The notes under the pieces are model-generated. The model was given only the letters and a program-made list of their open reading frames with translations, made no database searches and was not told the DNA's origin. Made by a program: the position numbers and the translations under genes. Positions 1-7,859 of a stretch of DNA of 15,334 nt are shown here, piece after piece. The DNA lies in contig CAXXHA010000020.1 in NCBI GenBank assembly GCA_963662265.2, forward strand, positions 1 through 15,334, given 5' to 3'. Source of the stretch: Spirochaetia bacterium (GTDB lineage: Bacteria > Spirochaetota > Spirochaetia > CADAEX01). The stretch's first letter is position 1. Each line of letters starts with the position of its first letter.

Positions 1-337
1 TTTTGAAAATATTCTGTTTTCTCAGCCTTGTAAGCTTCTTATAGGCATATGTAAGTTCTTCATTTGTAAAATCACGTCTCTGTATATTTTCCTCTATTTC
101 AACTTCGAGAAGATCTGCCTTGTTTTTTTTATCAATAATAACAGCATTGATATATTTCCAGCCTAGTTTTTTTGCAGATTCCAGTCTCCTGTGACCGGCT
201 ATGAGGTGAAGGTTCTGGTTGACGACAATTGAATTAAGCTGGCCGAACTTTTCAAGGCTCTTGATCAGAGGATCAAGGTCGCCCAGATTTTTTCGTATCC
301 GGTTATCAATTTTAATATCTTCTATTTTTATTTCCAT
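1..337 (-). CDS. ParB/Srx N-terminal (CTPase-like) domain protein, 3'-truncated by the window edge
   Basis: Not in the ORF track; translated by hand from ATG at 337: MEIKIEDIKIDNRIRKNLGDLDPLIKSLEKFGQLNSIVVNQNLHLIAGHRRLESAKKLGWKYINAVIIDKKNKADLLEVEIEENIQRRDFTNEELTYAYKKLTRLRKQNIFK. Contains the ParB Box II GxRRxxA motif (IAGHRRLESA) and ENxxR (EENIQRRDF). Weak GGGA RBS upstream. Confidence 0.88.
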   Translation of the reverse strand, partial: MEIKIEDIKIDNRIRKNLGDLDPLIKSLEKFGQLNSIVVNQNLHLIAGHRRLESAKKLGWKYINAVIIDKKNKADLLEVEIEENIQRRDFTNEELTYAYKKLTRLRKQNIFK

Positions 338-675
338 AAACAATCCCAATTCAGAAAGAATTAAAAAATCTGAAACTGATATTAATAATATCATGAAAAA
401 CTGAAAACAGCCTGCATAAAATATCAGGAAAATTATTGAAGGATGAAATATTCATCATGTAATCTCTTCAGCGGAGTGATAAGGAAATAATAAGGGAAAA
501 CAACTGATCCGGCAGGGTAGCAGCTGCTTGCTGAAGTCTTCTTATTTTGTGTTTGCTGCTGTTTTTAAGGCACTTTGCCGGAAAAACGAGAAATTATACA
601 TGTTTTGATGAAATATGCCTTAAAAACGCAAATAACATGAAATATTTCTTAATATTCCGGCCGAATCATTACATA

Positions 676-3189
676 TTAATCAAGTATGTCTTCAGTTATA
701 TTATCCTCAATACTTGTATCATTTTCTATATCCGAGAGCGCCTCAAGTTCACTGATATCCTGAAGGTTAGAAAGTTCTTTTTCAAAATCATCAAGAGAAT
801 AGACATCAGTCAGGTAATTATCCTGGAGTCTCTGAATAAGTATCTCGTTTCTTTCAGACTTGAATTTATGCATTGTACAGAAGCTTCTCGGCTCTGTCCC
901 CGCTATAAACAGTTCCTTCTTGACACCGTCATCGCAGTACTCTGTCGGAAGCATTCCTGATTCCCTGCAGACAGAAAGTTCTACAAGTCCGCTGTCAGGT
1001 TTTTTGAATTCAACAGGGGGGTATTCCGGATTGTTTTCATGAATTGATTTCATGTATCTGGCCCATACAGGACCTGCAGCAGTCGCACCAGTCTGGTTAA
1101 GCCCGAGAGAATTACCAGGCATGTCAAAACCGAACCAGACAGCAGTTGTTACATAAGGGGAAAATCCGACAGTCCATGCATCAGACCAGTTCTGTGTAGT
1201 TCCTGTCTTGCCTGCAAAATTCATGGGAAAACCGCCGACTCTCCGCCTTCTGTTTGCAAGAGTACCGAAATCGACTGTGCTTTTCAAAAGGTCAACCATT
1301 ACATACGCTGCCTGGGGGGAGAGGATCTGAAGTCTTTCGCCTTCGCGCTTCTGATTTGCCCTCAGCTCTCTCTCCGGTTCAAGTATTATTTTTCCGCTTC
1401 TGTCTTCTATATATCTGATGCCTATTGGCGTAACTTCCTTGCCGCCGTTGGGGAAGGTGGCAAAAGCCCTTGCCATCTGGATAGGCGCCACGCTTATAAT
1501 ACCCAGTCCAAGGGGATATTTTCTCGGAAATGTATTTCTTATTTCCAAAGGGTCGCTTATACCCAGAAGACGTGCAGCCCTGTTTATTGCAGCATCAAAG
1601 CCTATCTTGTCGAGTACCTGAATAGAAGGCACGTTCATCGATGTTGCAAGGGCATATCTTAAAGTTACATGACCTTTCCATTCTCCCATATAGTTCTGGG
1701 GAGTGTAGGGTGTTCCGTCATCGTTCCAGAAAATAACCGGTTTGTCATATATGAGGGAAGCGGGGGTGAGAAGCTTTGAGGAAATAGCTGCAGAGTAATA
1801 GAGCGGCTTGAATGAAGAACCAGGCATGACTTTTGCCTGTACCGCCCTGTTAAGCTTCTTTGTTTCGAAGTCGCTTCCTCCAACCATGGCCTTGATATGG
1901 CCTGTCCCGTTTTCTATAGATACAAGAGCGCCTTCTACAGCTGTCTTGTGTTTTACTTTTTTCTGGATAGAATGAGAAATCTTTGAAAGATACCTGAGCT
2001 GGGATGAGTCGAAAAGAAATGCGGTTGTATTCAGAAGAGGAGTAATATATTCATTGAAAATTTCCTCTGATTCTCTTTTCTGTTTTGTTCCTGCAATCCT
2101 TATCTCTGGAAGATCAAAAAGAAGGGAAAGTGATTCAATTACTGTATAATACTCATTGTTAACATAATTCATTCTTTCTGAAACATTCTGAAGAAATCTT
2201 TTATTCATAGATGAATAGGCGCCATTCATCTGTTTTTCAGCTTCTCTCTGGTAGTTTAGGTCAAGAGTTGTATGCACAACAAGACCGTCTCTGAAATAGT
2301 CGAGTGATCCGAAAAGGGATTCCTCAAGCTGCTGCCTGATAAATTCGCTGAAATAGGGTGCTTTGTCGTTTTTAACAAGATAAGCAGTTTCAGATGATGA
2401 TCTTAACGGATCATAGGTGTTGTTCCAGTAGTCTATAAGCGATTCTTCTGCCTCTTCCCTTGTAACATACCCGAGGTCAACCATCTGGTGGAGTACTTCT
2501 GATTGTATTTTCTTTGCCCTGTTGGGATGTTTTATAGGGGAATATCTTGCCGGGTTTGCAAGCTGGATTACGAGAAGGCATGATTCCGCTACTGTCATTT
2601 CCCTTGCAGAGTGCTTGAAATAAAACTGGGAAGCAGCCTCGACTCCGTAGGTATTGTGCCCGAAATATGATTCGTTGAGATAAAGTTCAAGAATTTCGTA
2701 CTTGCTGAGCCTTTTTTCAAGCTGCAGCGCCCACCAGAGCTCTATAAGCTTTCTTTTAAGAGTTTTCAGTGACCTGTCGGCATAATGGCGCCCTGCAACC
2801 TGCTGGGTAATTGTACTTCCCCCAGAGACATATCTTCCAAGCAGTATGTTCCAGGCAGCCCTGGCTGTCCCCTTGAAGCTGAAACCGCCGTGTTTGAAGA
2901 AATCCCTGTCTTCACGTGTTATGAGTGCATTTATAAGATGCTTGGGAAGTTCATTTATAGGTATAATTTCCCTTTTTTCATCGGAGAAAAACTCAGTTAT
3001 AAGCTCCCCGTTGATATCCAGTATCTGTGACGGAAGGGACGGTTTATAGTCCCCGATCCTGTTTGTATTTGATATATTCCTTGTTTCAGCCATTATCATG
3101 CCGAAGACTGAACCTATTAAAACTGCAATAATTATTGAAACAGCTAAAAAAACTTTTACAAGTATTAATTGTTTTTTAGTAAAAATCAT
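676..3189 (-). CDS. mrcA: Class A penicillin-binding protein (PBP1A family; transglycosylase + transpeptidase)
   Basis: N-terminal TM helix. GT51 motifs REDRDFFKHGG, GGSTITQQVA, RKLIE, ILELYLN. Transpeptidase motifs SxxK (SSFK), SxN (SMN), KTG (KTGT). Acidic C-terminal tail. Confidence 0.95.
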   Translation of the reverse strand: MIFTKKQLILVKVFLAVSIIIAVLIGSVFGMIMAETRNISNTNRIGDYKPSLPSQILDINGELITEFFSDEKREIIPINELPKHLINALITREDRDFFKHGGFSFKGTARAAWNILLGRYVSGGSTITQQVAGRHYADRSLKTLKRKLIELWWALQLEKRLSKYEILELYLNESYFGHNTYGVEAASQFYFKHSAREMTVAESCLLVIQLANPARYSPIKHPNRAKKIQSEVLHQMVDLGYVTREEAEESLIDYWNNTYDPLRSSSETAYLVKNDKAPYFSEFIRQQLEESLFGSLDYFRDGLVVHTTLDLNYQREAEKQMNGAYSSMNKRFLQNVSERMNYVNNEYYTVIESLSLLFDLPEIRIAGTKQKRESEEIFNEYITPLLNTTAFLFDSSQLRYLSKISHSIQKKVKHKTAVEGALVSIENGTGHIKAMVGGSDFETKKLNRAVQAKVMPGSSFKPLYYSAAISSKLLTPASLIYDKPVIFWNDDGTPYTPQNYMGEWKGHVTLRYALATSMNVPSIQVLDKIGFDAAINRAARLLGISDPLEIRNTFPRKYPLGLGIISVAPIQMARAFATFPNGGKEVTPIGIRYIEDRSGKIILEPERELRANQKREGERLQILSPQAAYVMVDLLKSTVDFGTLANRRRRVGGFPMNFAGKTGTTQNWSDAWTVGFSPYVTTAVWFGFDMPGNSLGLNQTGATAAGPVWARYMKSIHENNPEYPPVEFKKPDSGLVELSVCRESGMLPTEYCDDGVKKELFIAGTEPRSFCTMHKFKSERNEILIQRLQDNYLTDVYSLDDFEKELSNLQDISELEALSDIENDTSIEDNITEDILD

Positions 3190-3195
3190 ATGAAT

Positions 3196-3224
3196 AAAGT
3201 ATGTAGTGTCAGGCTCTTTGTCAA
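3196..3224 (-). promoter_or_regulatory. Sigma70-type promoter of the PBP1A gene
   Basis: Minus strand reads TTGACA (3224-3219), 17-nt spacer, TACTTT (3201-3196). The -10 ends 6 nt before the ATG at 3189. Confidence 0.65.
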
Positions 3225-3381
3225 GGTCATGAAATTAAAATTATATTCAAGATTTAAAGACTTTTTAACAGCAGTTTGAATGAAAATCAGGCTTAATGCA
3301 TCATATTATCTGTCACCTGTGCAGGGTACCGGGGCTGCAGGTATTATTATACCCTTAAGGAAAGGTTAATTACGTATCAGC

Positions 3382-3412
3382 AAAAAAATAGGCCGGTCCA
3401 AAAGAACCGGCC
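3382..3412 (-). terminator. Rho-independent terminator
   Basis: Minus strand GGCCGGUUC-UUUU-GGACCGGCC (9-bp GC-rich stem with one U.G pair) followed by UAUUUUUUU. Confidence 0.85.
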
Positions 3413-3470
3413 ACCTCGAGGTGCCGAATAATATAGTTAACTGGGAGGGGAACTATATTATCACGACACT
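3382..3470 (-). ncRNA. Candidate ~90-nt small RNA with an anti-SD (CCCCUCCC) loop; I cannot assign a family
   Basis: 5'-GUGUCG-UG-AUAAUAUAGUU[CCCCUCCCAGUU]AACUAUAUUAU-U-CGGCAC stem-loop, then a terminator. The G.U wobbles form only on the minus strand. A promoter-like element lies immediately upstream and there is no ORF. Confidence 0.55.
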
Positions 3471-3474
3471 TTTA

Positions 3475-3501
3475 TTATCGACAATTAGTATAAAAGTTTA
3501 A
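3475..3501 (-). promoter_or_regulatory. Putative sigma28 (FliA)-type promoter for the candidate sRNA
   Basis: Minus strand (T)TAAA...GTCGATAA versus consensus TAAA-N15-GCCGATAA. Spacer is 14 nt from TAAA or 15 nt from TTAA. The -10 ends 5 nt before the base of the stem. A sigma70 TATACT at 3492-3487 is an alternative. Confidence 0.4.
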
Positions 3502-3560
3502 CAAAATCTTATAAATATTTCGTTAAATTATCAAAAATTAAGAATAAATAAATATTGCTG

Positions 3561-4553
3561 CTATTCCTCTTTGACTTCTATGTCAAGAAGAAGGTTAATA
3601 ACGTAATTTTTCCCCTCTTCAAGCTCAATAGTCCTGCTCAGGCTGTAATTCCCCAGTTTGAAAAGAACAGTGTGTTCCCCCGGTTCAAGAGTGCTTATTT
3701 TTCTTGAATTCTGAATATTGCCGTCAATATAAAGTTCTGATTCGTCAGGCGAATATATAGACACAACAGGGTTGTTTTTCTTCAGGAGGATTTCAACATT
3801 TCTTGTCTCATTTGTTTTTACAGTAATGTTTTCATTATGTTCCGAATAACCCTTTTTGGACACAGTTACTTTATGTATGCCTGATGTGAGTAATATGTTA
3901 TCCGCTTTACTATGTGAATTCCCGTCAATTGAAAGTGAAAAATCTTCTGTGTTTTCCGGATTATTGTCATTGCTTCCGGGAACAAGTACTTTTACATTGA
4001 TCTTTCCCTGTTCAGGCCAGTAGGTTTTTATCTTTATTTTGTATTTTTCAGATAAAAGATAATCAGGAACACCCTTCATTACAGGCAGTATTGTAAACAT
4101 AAGAGGTTTACTGTCTTTTAAATTTGTGAGATCGATAACTTCAGTTCCAGGCATTGAAGAATCAGATGATTTACTTCTGCTGAACTTCAGATCTATAAAG
4201 AAACGTGTCCTGTCGGGTAAAAGAACTGATTTTGAATATTTTCCATGATAGCTTTTTATGTCGTATGATGGCTGAGGAGAAACATTTGTATAGGAATATA
4301 AGGAAAAACTGTCTCTGAAACGTTTAATTGTCTCTGAACTTCTTATTTCTATTGATATTTTATCCGGAAGGTTTGAGTAGTCAGGTGAAACAGCAAAAAT
4401 TTCCTCGGGAGAAATGTCAAATTCAGTTGCTTTCCTGTCTGCTGACAGTATTTCCGCATCCAGAATATTAACGAGAGGTCCCCTTATGTTATCTGCATGA
4501 GATAAAACAGTGCTGAAAAGTATAAAAATAACTGCTAATTTAGATTTTTTCAT
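3561..4553 (-). CDS. Exported PEGA-domain protein
   Basis: Signal peptide MKKSKLAVIFILFSTVLSHA. Two C-terminal PEGA-like repeats (SIDGN...LTSGIHKVTVSKKGYSE; LYIDGN...LEPGEHTVLFKLGNY). Starts 5 nt after the upstream stop. Confidence 0.8.
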   Translation of the reverse strand: MKKSKLAVIFILFSTVLSHADNIRGPLVNILDAEILSADRKATEFDISPEEIFAVSPDYSNLPDKISIEIRSSETIKRFRDSFSLYSYTNVSPQPSYDIKSYHGKYSKSVLLPDRTRFFIDLKFSRSKSSDSSMPGTEVIDLTNLKDSKPLMFTILPVMKGVPDYLLSEKYKIKIKTYWPEQGKINVKVLVPGSNDNNPENTEDFSLSIDGNSHSKADNILLTSGIHKVTVSKKGYSEHNENITVKTNETRNVEILLKKNNPVVSIYSPDESELYIDGNIQNSRKISTLEPGEHTVLFKLGNYSLSRTIELEEGKNYVINLLLDIEVKEE

Positions 4554-4558
4554 CTGAT

Positions 4559-5443
4559 TTATTTCTTTCCCCGTATATATTTTAATGGGTCCTGAGATTC
4601 ACCTTTTTTCCTGATCTCAAAATGAAGATGAGGACCGGTTGAATATCCTGTATTACCAACTTTACCAATAACATTTCCGGTTCTGATTGATGAATTCAAT
4701 AATACTAGAGTTTTACTCAGATGTCCATATATTGAATAGAAACCTCCGCTGTGCTCAATAAAAATGAAATTTCCAAGCACAGGATCATAACCGGTGTTGC
4801 TTACAACTCCTGAAGCTGATGCAAAAACATCAGTACCTACAGGGGCAGCAATATCAATCCCGTTGTGAAAAGAGAGCTTCCCGGTAAAAGGGTGGGGCCT
4901 GTTGCCGTAAAACGAAGTTATTTTCCCCCTATCAATGGGATAACGGAAAAAAGTGTTCAGAAAAAGCGATCTTTCAGTGCTGTTGAGCCTGCCGTCCTTT
5001 ATCATGAAGAATACTGATTTCTTACTGCTGCTGTTTATATAGATTTTTTTTCCTTTCAGTTTACGTGATGAAAGAAACAGTTCAAGATCATTATTTGCGT
5101 TATCAGGTATGAAAATCGCCGGCTGGTTCGGAACAAGTACTTTATTGAGGTTTAAAAAATCTGCCGGCTTATTTATCCTGTTAAGTGTTGCAATAGTACC
5201 GTAGGGCAGGTTGACTCTTGAAGAAAAATGGAACAGGTCTTCATCTTTCCTGCTGTAGACAGCAAGCATGAGGGGAAGATCGTATCTCTCTGATGCCGAG
5301 TGTTGATAGGACAGATCTATGTCGCTTGAAATCTGCCTGAATATAACATCGTTTCTGTTCAGGGAAATGATTTCCGGGTAATCAGAAAATAAAACGGGGC
5401 AGGATGATATAAAAAGAAGTATTAAAGATAATCTTTTTTTCAT
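4559..5443 (-). CDS. Exported M23-family peptidoglycan endopeptidase with a degenerate LysM-like region
   Basis: True start is likely ATG 5443 (MKKRLSLILLF signal peptide; ATGA overlap with the upstream stop), not 5731. Zn ligands HxxxD (HNGID) and HxH (GPHLHFE) are intact, plus YGHL. Confidence 0.9.
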   Translation of the reverse strand: MKKRLSLILLFISSCPVLFSDYPEIISLNRNDVIFRQISSDIDLSYQHSASERYDLPLMLAVYSRKDEDLFHFSSRVNLPYGTIATLNRINKPADFLNLNKVLVPNQPAIFIPDNANNDLELFLSSRKLKGKKIYINSSSKKSVFFMIKDGRLNSTERSLFLNTFFRYPIDRGKITSFYGNRPHPFTGKLSFHNGIDIAAPVGTDVFASASGVVSNTGYDPVLGNFIFIEHSGGFYSIYGHLSKTLVLLNSSIRTGNVIGKVGNTGYSTGPHLHFEIRKKGESQDPLKYIRGKK

Positions 5444-5847
5444 TTCCCCTTTTTTTTCTTCAGCCAGCTGATAAGTCCTGCTGTAAGAAACAGAACTGTC
5501 ATTATAACAGAACCCTGGAAAATGAGTGAGTTCATGTAAAGAATTACAACTGCGGATGCTCCTAAAAGCATTGCTGCCAGGTAAAAAATCCTGGCAATGG
5601 CAGATAATACAGATTTTACCGACAGCTGTTTTCTGTAGAGTTTTAATCCTGTGGAATAAAGGATATAAAAAACTGCTCCCAGGGCAATAGATATTGTGTA
5701 AACAGACGGGTATTTTGCAGCCAGGTACCATACCGGGAATACAATTACAAGTCCTGTTAAAATTACTGCAGCAGCAGCTGCTGCAATATACAGAAGCTTT
5801 CTGAGCATGCTTAAATAAACTGTTGTAATTCCTGCACTGTTATTCAT
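5440..5847 (-). CDS. Small integral membrane protein (about 4 TM helices), unknown function
   Basis: Likely start ATG 5847 (MNNSAG...), overlapping the TPR gene stop by 8 nt. Four hydrophobic stretches and a lysine-rich C-terminus. Coupled to both neighbours. Confidence 0.75.
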   Translation of the reverse strand: MNNSAGITTVYLSMLRKLLYIAAAAAAVILTGLVIVFPVWYLAAKYPSVYTISIALGAVFYILYSTGLKLYRKQLSVKSVLSAIARIFYLAAMLLGASAVVILYMNSLIFQGSVIMTVLFLTAGLISWLKKKKGK

Positions 5848-6790
5848 TTTCTTTAATATCTCCCGCATCCCTGTAGTTTTCAAGAGCTGATGAGAAATAG
5901 GCGGAATCTTTCTCCCTTCCAAGTGTTGCTGCTGTTTCAGATAGTTTTCCGAGAAGTTCTTTTATCTCCGGTTTATTTTTGAGAACATCGAAAACCATGT
6001 AGGACTTGAGGTAATAACCGTATGCTGTTTCAAGGTTCCCTTTTTTCTCATTGACTATTCCGAGCGCCTTGAAATCCTTTCCTATACCGAAGCTGTTTTC
6101 GACGATTTTATCCTCTTCAAGAGCTTTCAGAAGAAAACTTTCCGCATTGTCATAGTTTTTATTTTTGGAATAAACAGATGCACTCATGTAGTAATTTGCA
6201 GCAAGTTCTGCATGTTTTTTTTCTGCCTGGTTGATTTTGGCGGAATGACTGAAACGGGAGAGAGCTTTTGTATAATCACCGTCTTTTTTATAGGCAATAC
6301 CCATATTATGAAGAATAACTGCAGCTTCGAGTGAATCTGTACCTGCTGAGGCAAATGCCTTTTCAAGCATTTCTGATGCTTTTTTATATTCCCCTGTCCT
6401 TATGTAGAGTTCTCCGAGGTTGTTTGAAGAAACTGTTCTGAGTTTAGTATCATTCAGTTTTTCAGATATGCTTAAAGCCTGAAGAAAATATTTTTCAGCA
6501 GATTCCGTATCATCAAGGTTAAGGCTGGATTTGCCGGCAGAGTTGCATGACATTGCAATACCCGGTTCATTATCAGATGCAATGTTTTCATCAAGGGCAA
6601 GCTTGAAAAATACAAGAGCCTGGTCATATTTCCCTTCAGCATAGTAGTTGTTGCCGAAATCTGTAAGCTCGGCAGCTTTGTTTTTCCTGGAATTGACAAC
6701 ATCTGTCTCCTTTGGAGCAGATGAGCATGAAAACATCAGAAGAAAAGCTGATAAAATTAAAATAAAATGTTTAATGTGCTGTTTTAACAT
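5840..6790 (-). CDS. Tetratricopeptide-repeat lipoprotein
   Basis: Lipoprotein signal ending LLMFS-C. Repeated TPR helices (GNNYYAEGKYDQALVFFKLAL; NNLGELYIRTGEYKKASEMLEKA; HNMGIAYKKDGDYTKAL). Start overlaps the mlaD stop (TAATG). Confidence 0.88.
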   Translation of the reverse strand: MLKQHIKHFILILSAFLLMFSCSSAPKETDVVNSRKNKAAELTDFGNNYYAEGKYDQALVFFKLALDENIASDNEPGIAMSCNSAGKSSLNLDDTESAEKYFLQALSISEKLNDTKLRTVSSNNLGELYIRTGEYKKASEMLEKAFASAGTDSLEAAVILHNMGIAYKKDGDYTKALSRFSHSAKINQAEKKHAELAANYYMSASVYSKNKNYDNAESFLLKALEEDKIVENSFGIGKDFKALGIVNEKKGNLETAYGYYLKSYMVFDVLKNKPEIKELLGKLSETAATLGREKDSAYFSSALENYRDAGDIKENE

Positions 6791-7836
6791 TAGAAGTCCT
6801 CATCTCTGTAGTTGTTGAATGTGTTGTCCTGCCCCTGAAGTTCAGTTATGCCTCCCTTAAGGAGAGGATTATTTTTCAGTCCTTCAAGAACTGCTTTCCC
6901 TTCCTTGAGAGCGCCCCTGCTTTCTTCCAGCACACCTGTTATCTGCGGCGTACTGTCATTCAGGTAAGCAGTAAAAGTGTTCAGTTCCTGCGTCATCTTA
7001 TCAAGATTTGCAAGAATCGAGTTCAAGTTATTGTATAATTCCCTGTTGTCGTTAAAAAGAGCTGCAGCAGAACCGTCTTCTCCCATTAACCTGGGAATAA
7101 GTCCATCCGGATTTGCAGTCAGTGTATTTACATTGCCTGTAATACCTTCGAAGTTATCCAGAAGAACATTTATCCTGTTTGTAGTTTCTGCAATAATAAT
7201 TTTTATATTTGAAGTCATTGATGCAACATTGTCTATAGTATCGCCTACAGGACCTTCCAGTTCCCCCCTGAGAGCAGTGTTGACTGTATTGCTGAGTTCG
7301 TTGAAAGATGCAAGAACCAGGTTGACGTTTGCAAGAATAGGATCAATCTGGTTTATAATCCTTGTAACAGTGTTTTCCCCCTGTGGAATATCAACAACTC
7401 CCTTTTTTATAAGCTCCCTTGCTTCTTCAAGGTTGTAGGAGGGGATAAAGCTGTTTTCCTCGAGAGGATCTCCTATAAAGTTACCCGGATGAATAACAAG
7501 TTCGCTTCCGATACCTATAGGGCTTATAACGTGCTGGATTATTGAGTTTGGCTTAATTTTCTCATAGAATTTTTCATAGATATAGAACTCCACTTCAACA
7601 TTATTGTCTTCGGTAAGGTTGATTTTCTTGATCTGTCCGATTTCAAATCCTTTCAGTTTAATGGGTTTCCCTATGTTCAGCTGTTCTGCAGAAAGAAAAC
7701 GGGTATTGAAATAATAGTTTTTCTGAAACCATCTCTGGTTGATCCCCATGAAAATCAGGAGAACAGAAAGGCAGAATACTGCCAGGATGGAGAAAATACC
7801 CACTATCTGATCCGCATACTGAATTTTAAATTTCAT
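6790..7836 (-). CDS. mlaD: MlaD/MCE-domain protein with a long helical C-terminal region
   Basis: N-terminal TM. MCE motif (AEQLNIGKPIKLKGFEIGQIKKINL...VEFYI). Long coiled/helical region ending NNPLLKGG. Adjacent to mlaE- and mlaF-like genes. Confidence 0.85.
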   Translation of the reverse strand: MKFKIQYADQIVGIFSILAVFCLSVLLIFMGINQRWFQKNYYFNTRFLSAEQLNIGKPIKLKGFEIGQIKKINLTEDNNVEVEFYIYEKFYEKIKPNSIIQHVISPIGIGSELVIHPGNFIGDPLEENSFIPSYNLEEARELIKKGVVDIPQGENTVTRIINQIDPILANVNLVLASFNELSNTVNTALRGELEGPVGDTIDNVASMTSNIKIIIAETTNRINVLLDNFEGITGNVNTLTANPDGLIPRLMGEDGSAAALFNDNRELYNNLNSILANLDKMTQELNTFTAYLNDSTPQITGVLEESRGALKEGKAVLEGLKNNPLLKGGITELQGQDNTFNNYRDEDF

Positions 7837-7859
7837 ATTTAATTAGCCCTCATTTTATT

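Noticed and set aside
219-960. Plus-strand ORFs 219-404 and 547-960
   Set aside because: Antisense to the ParB-like and PBP1A genes, with no recognisable motifs or RBS.
3428-3461. Plus-strand reading of the hairpin as a CsrA-binding GGA loop
   Set aside because: There is only one GGA loop, and the wobble pairs, terminator U-tract and promoter all point to the minus strand.
5444-5731. N-terminal extension of the M23 ORF in the ORF track
   Set aside because: It overlaps the membrane-protein gene in another frame; the signal peptide and ATGA coupling indicate a start at 5443.
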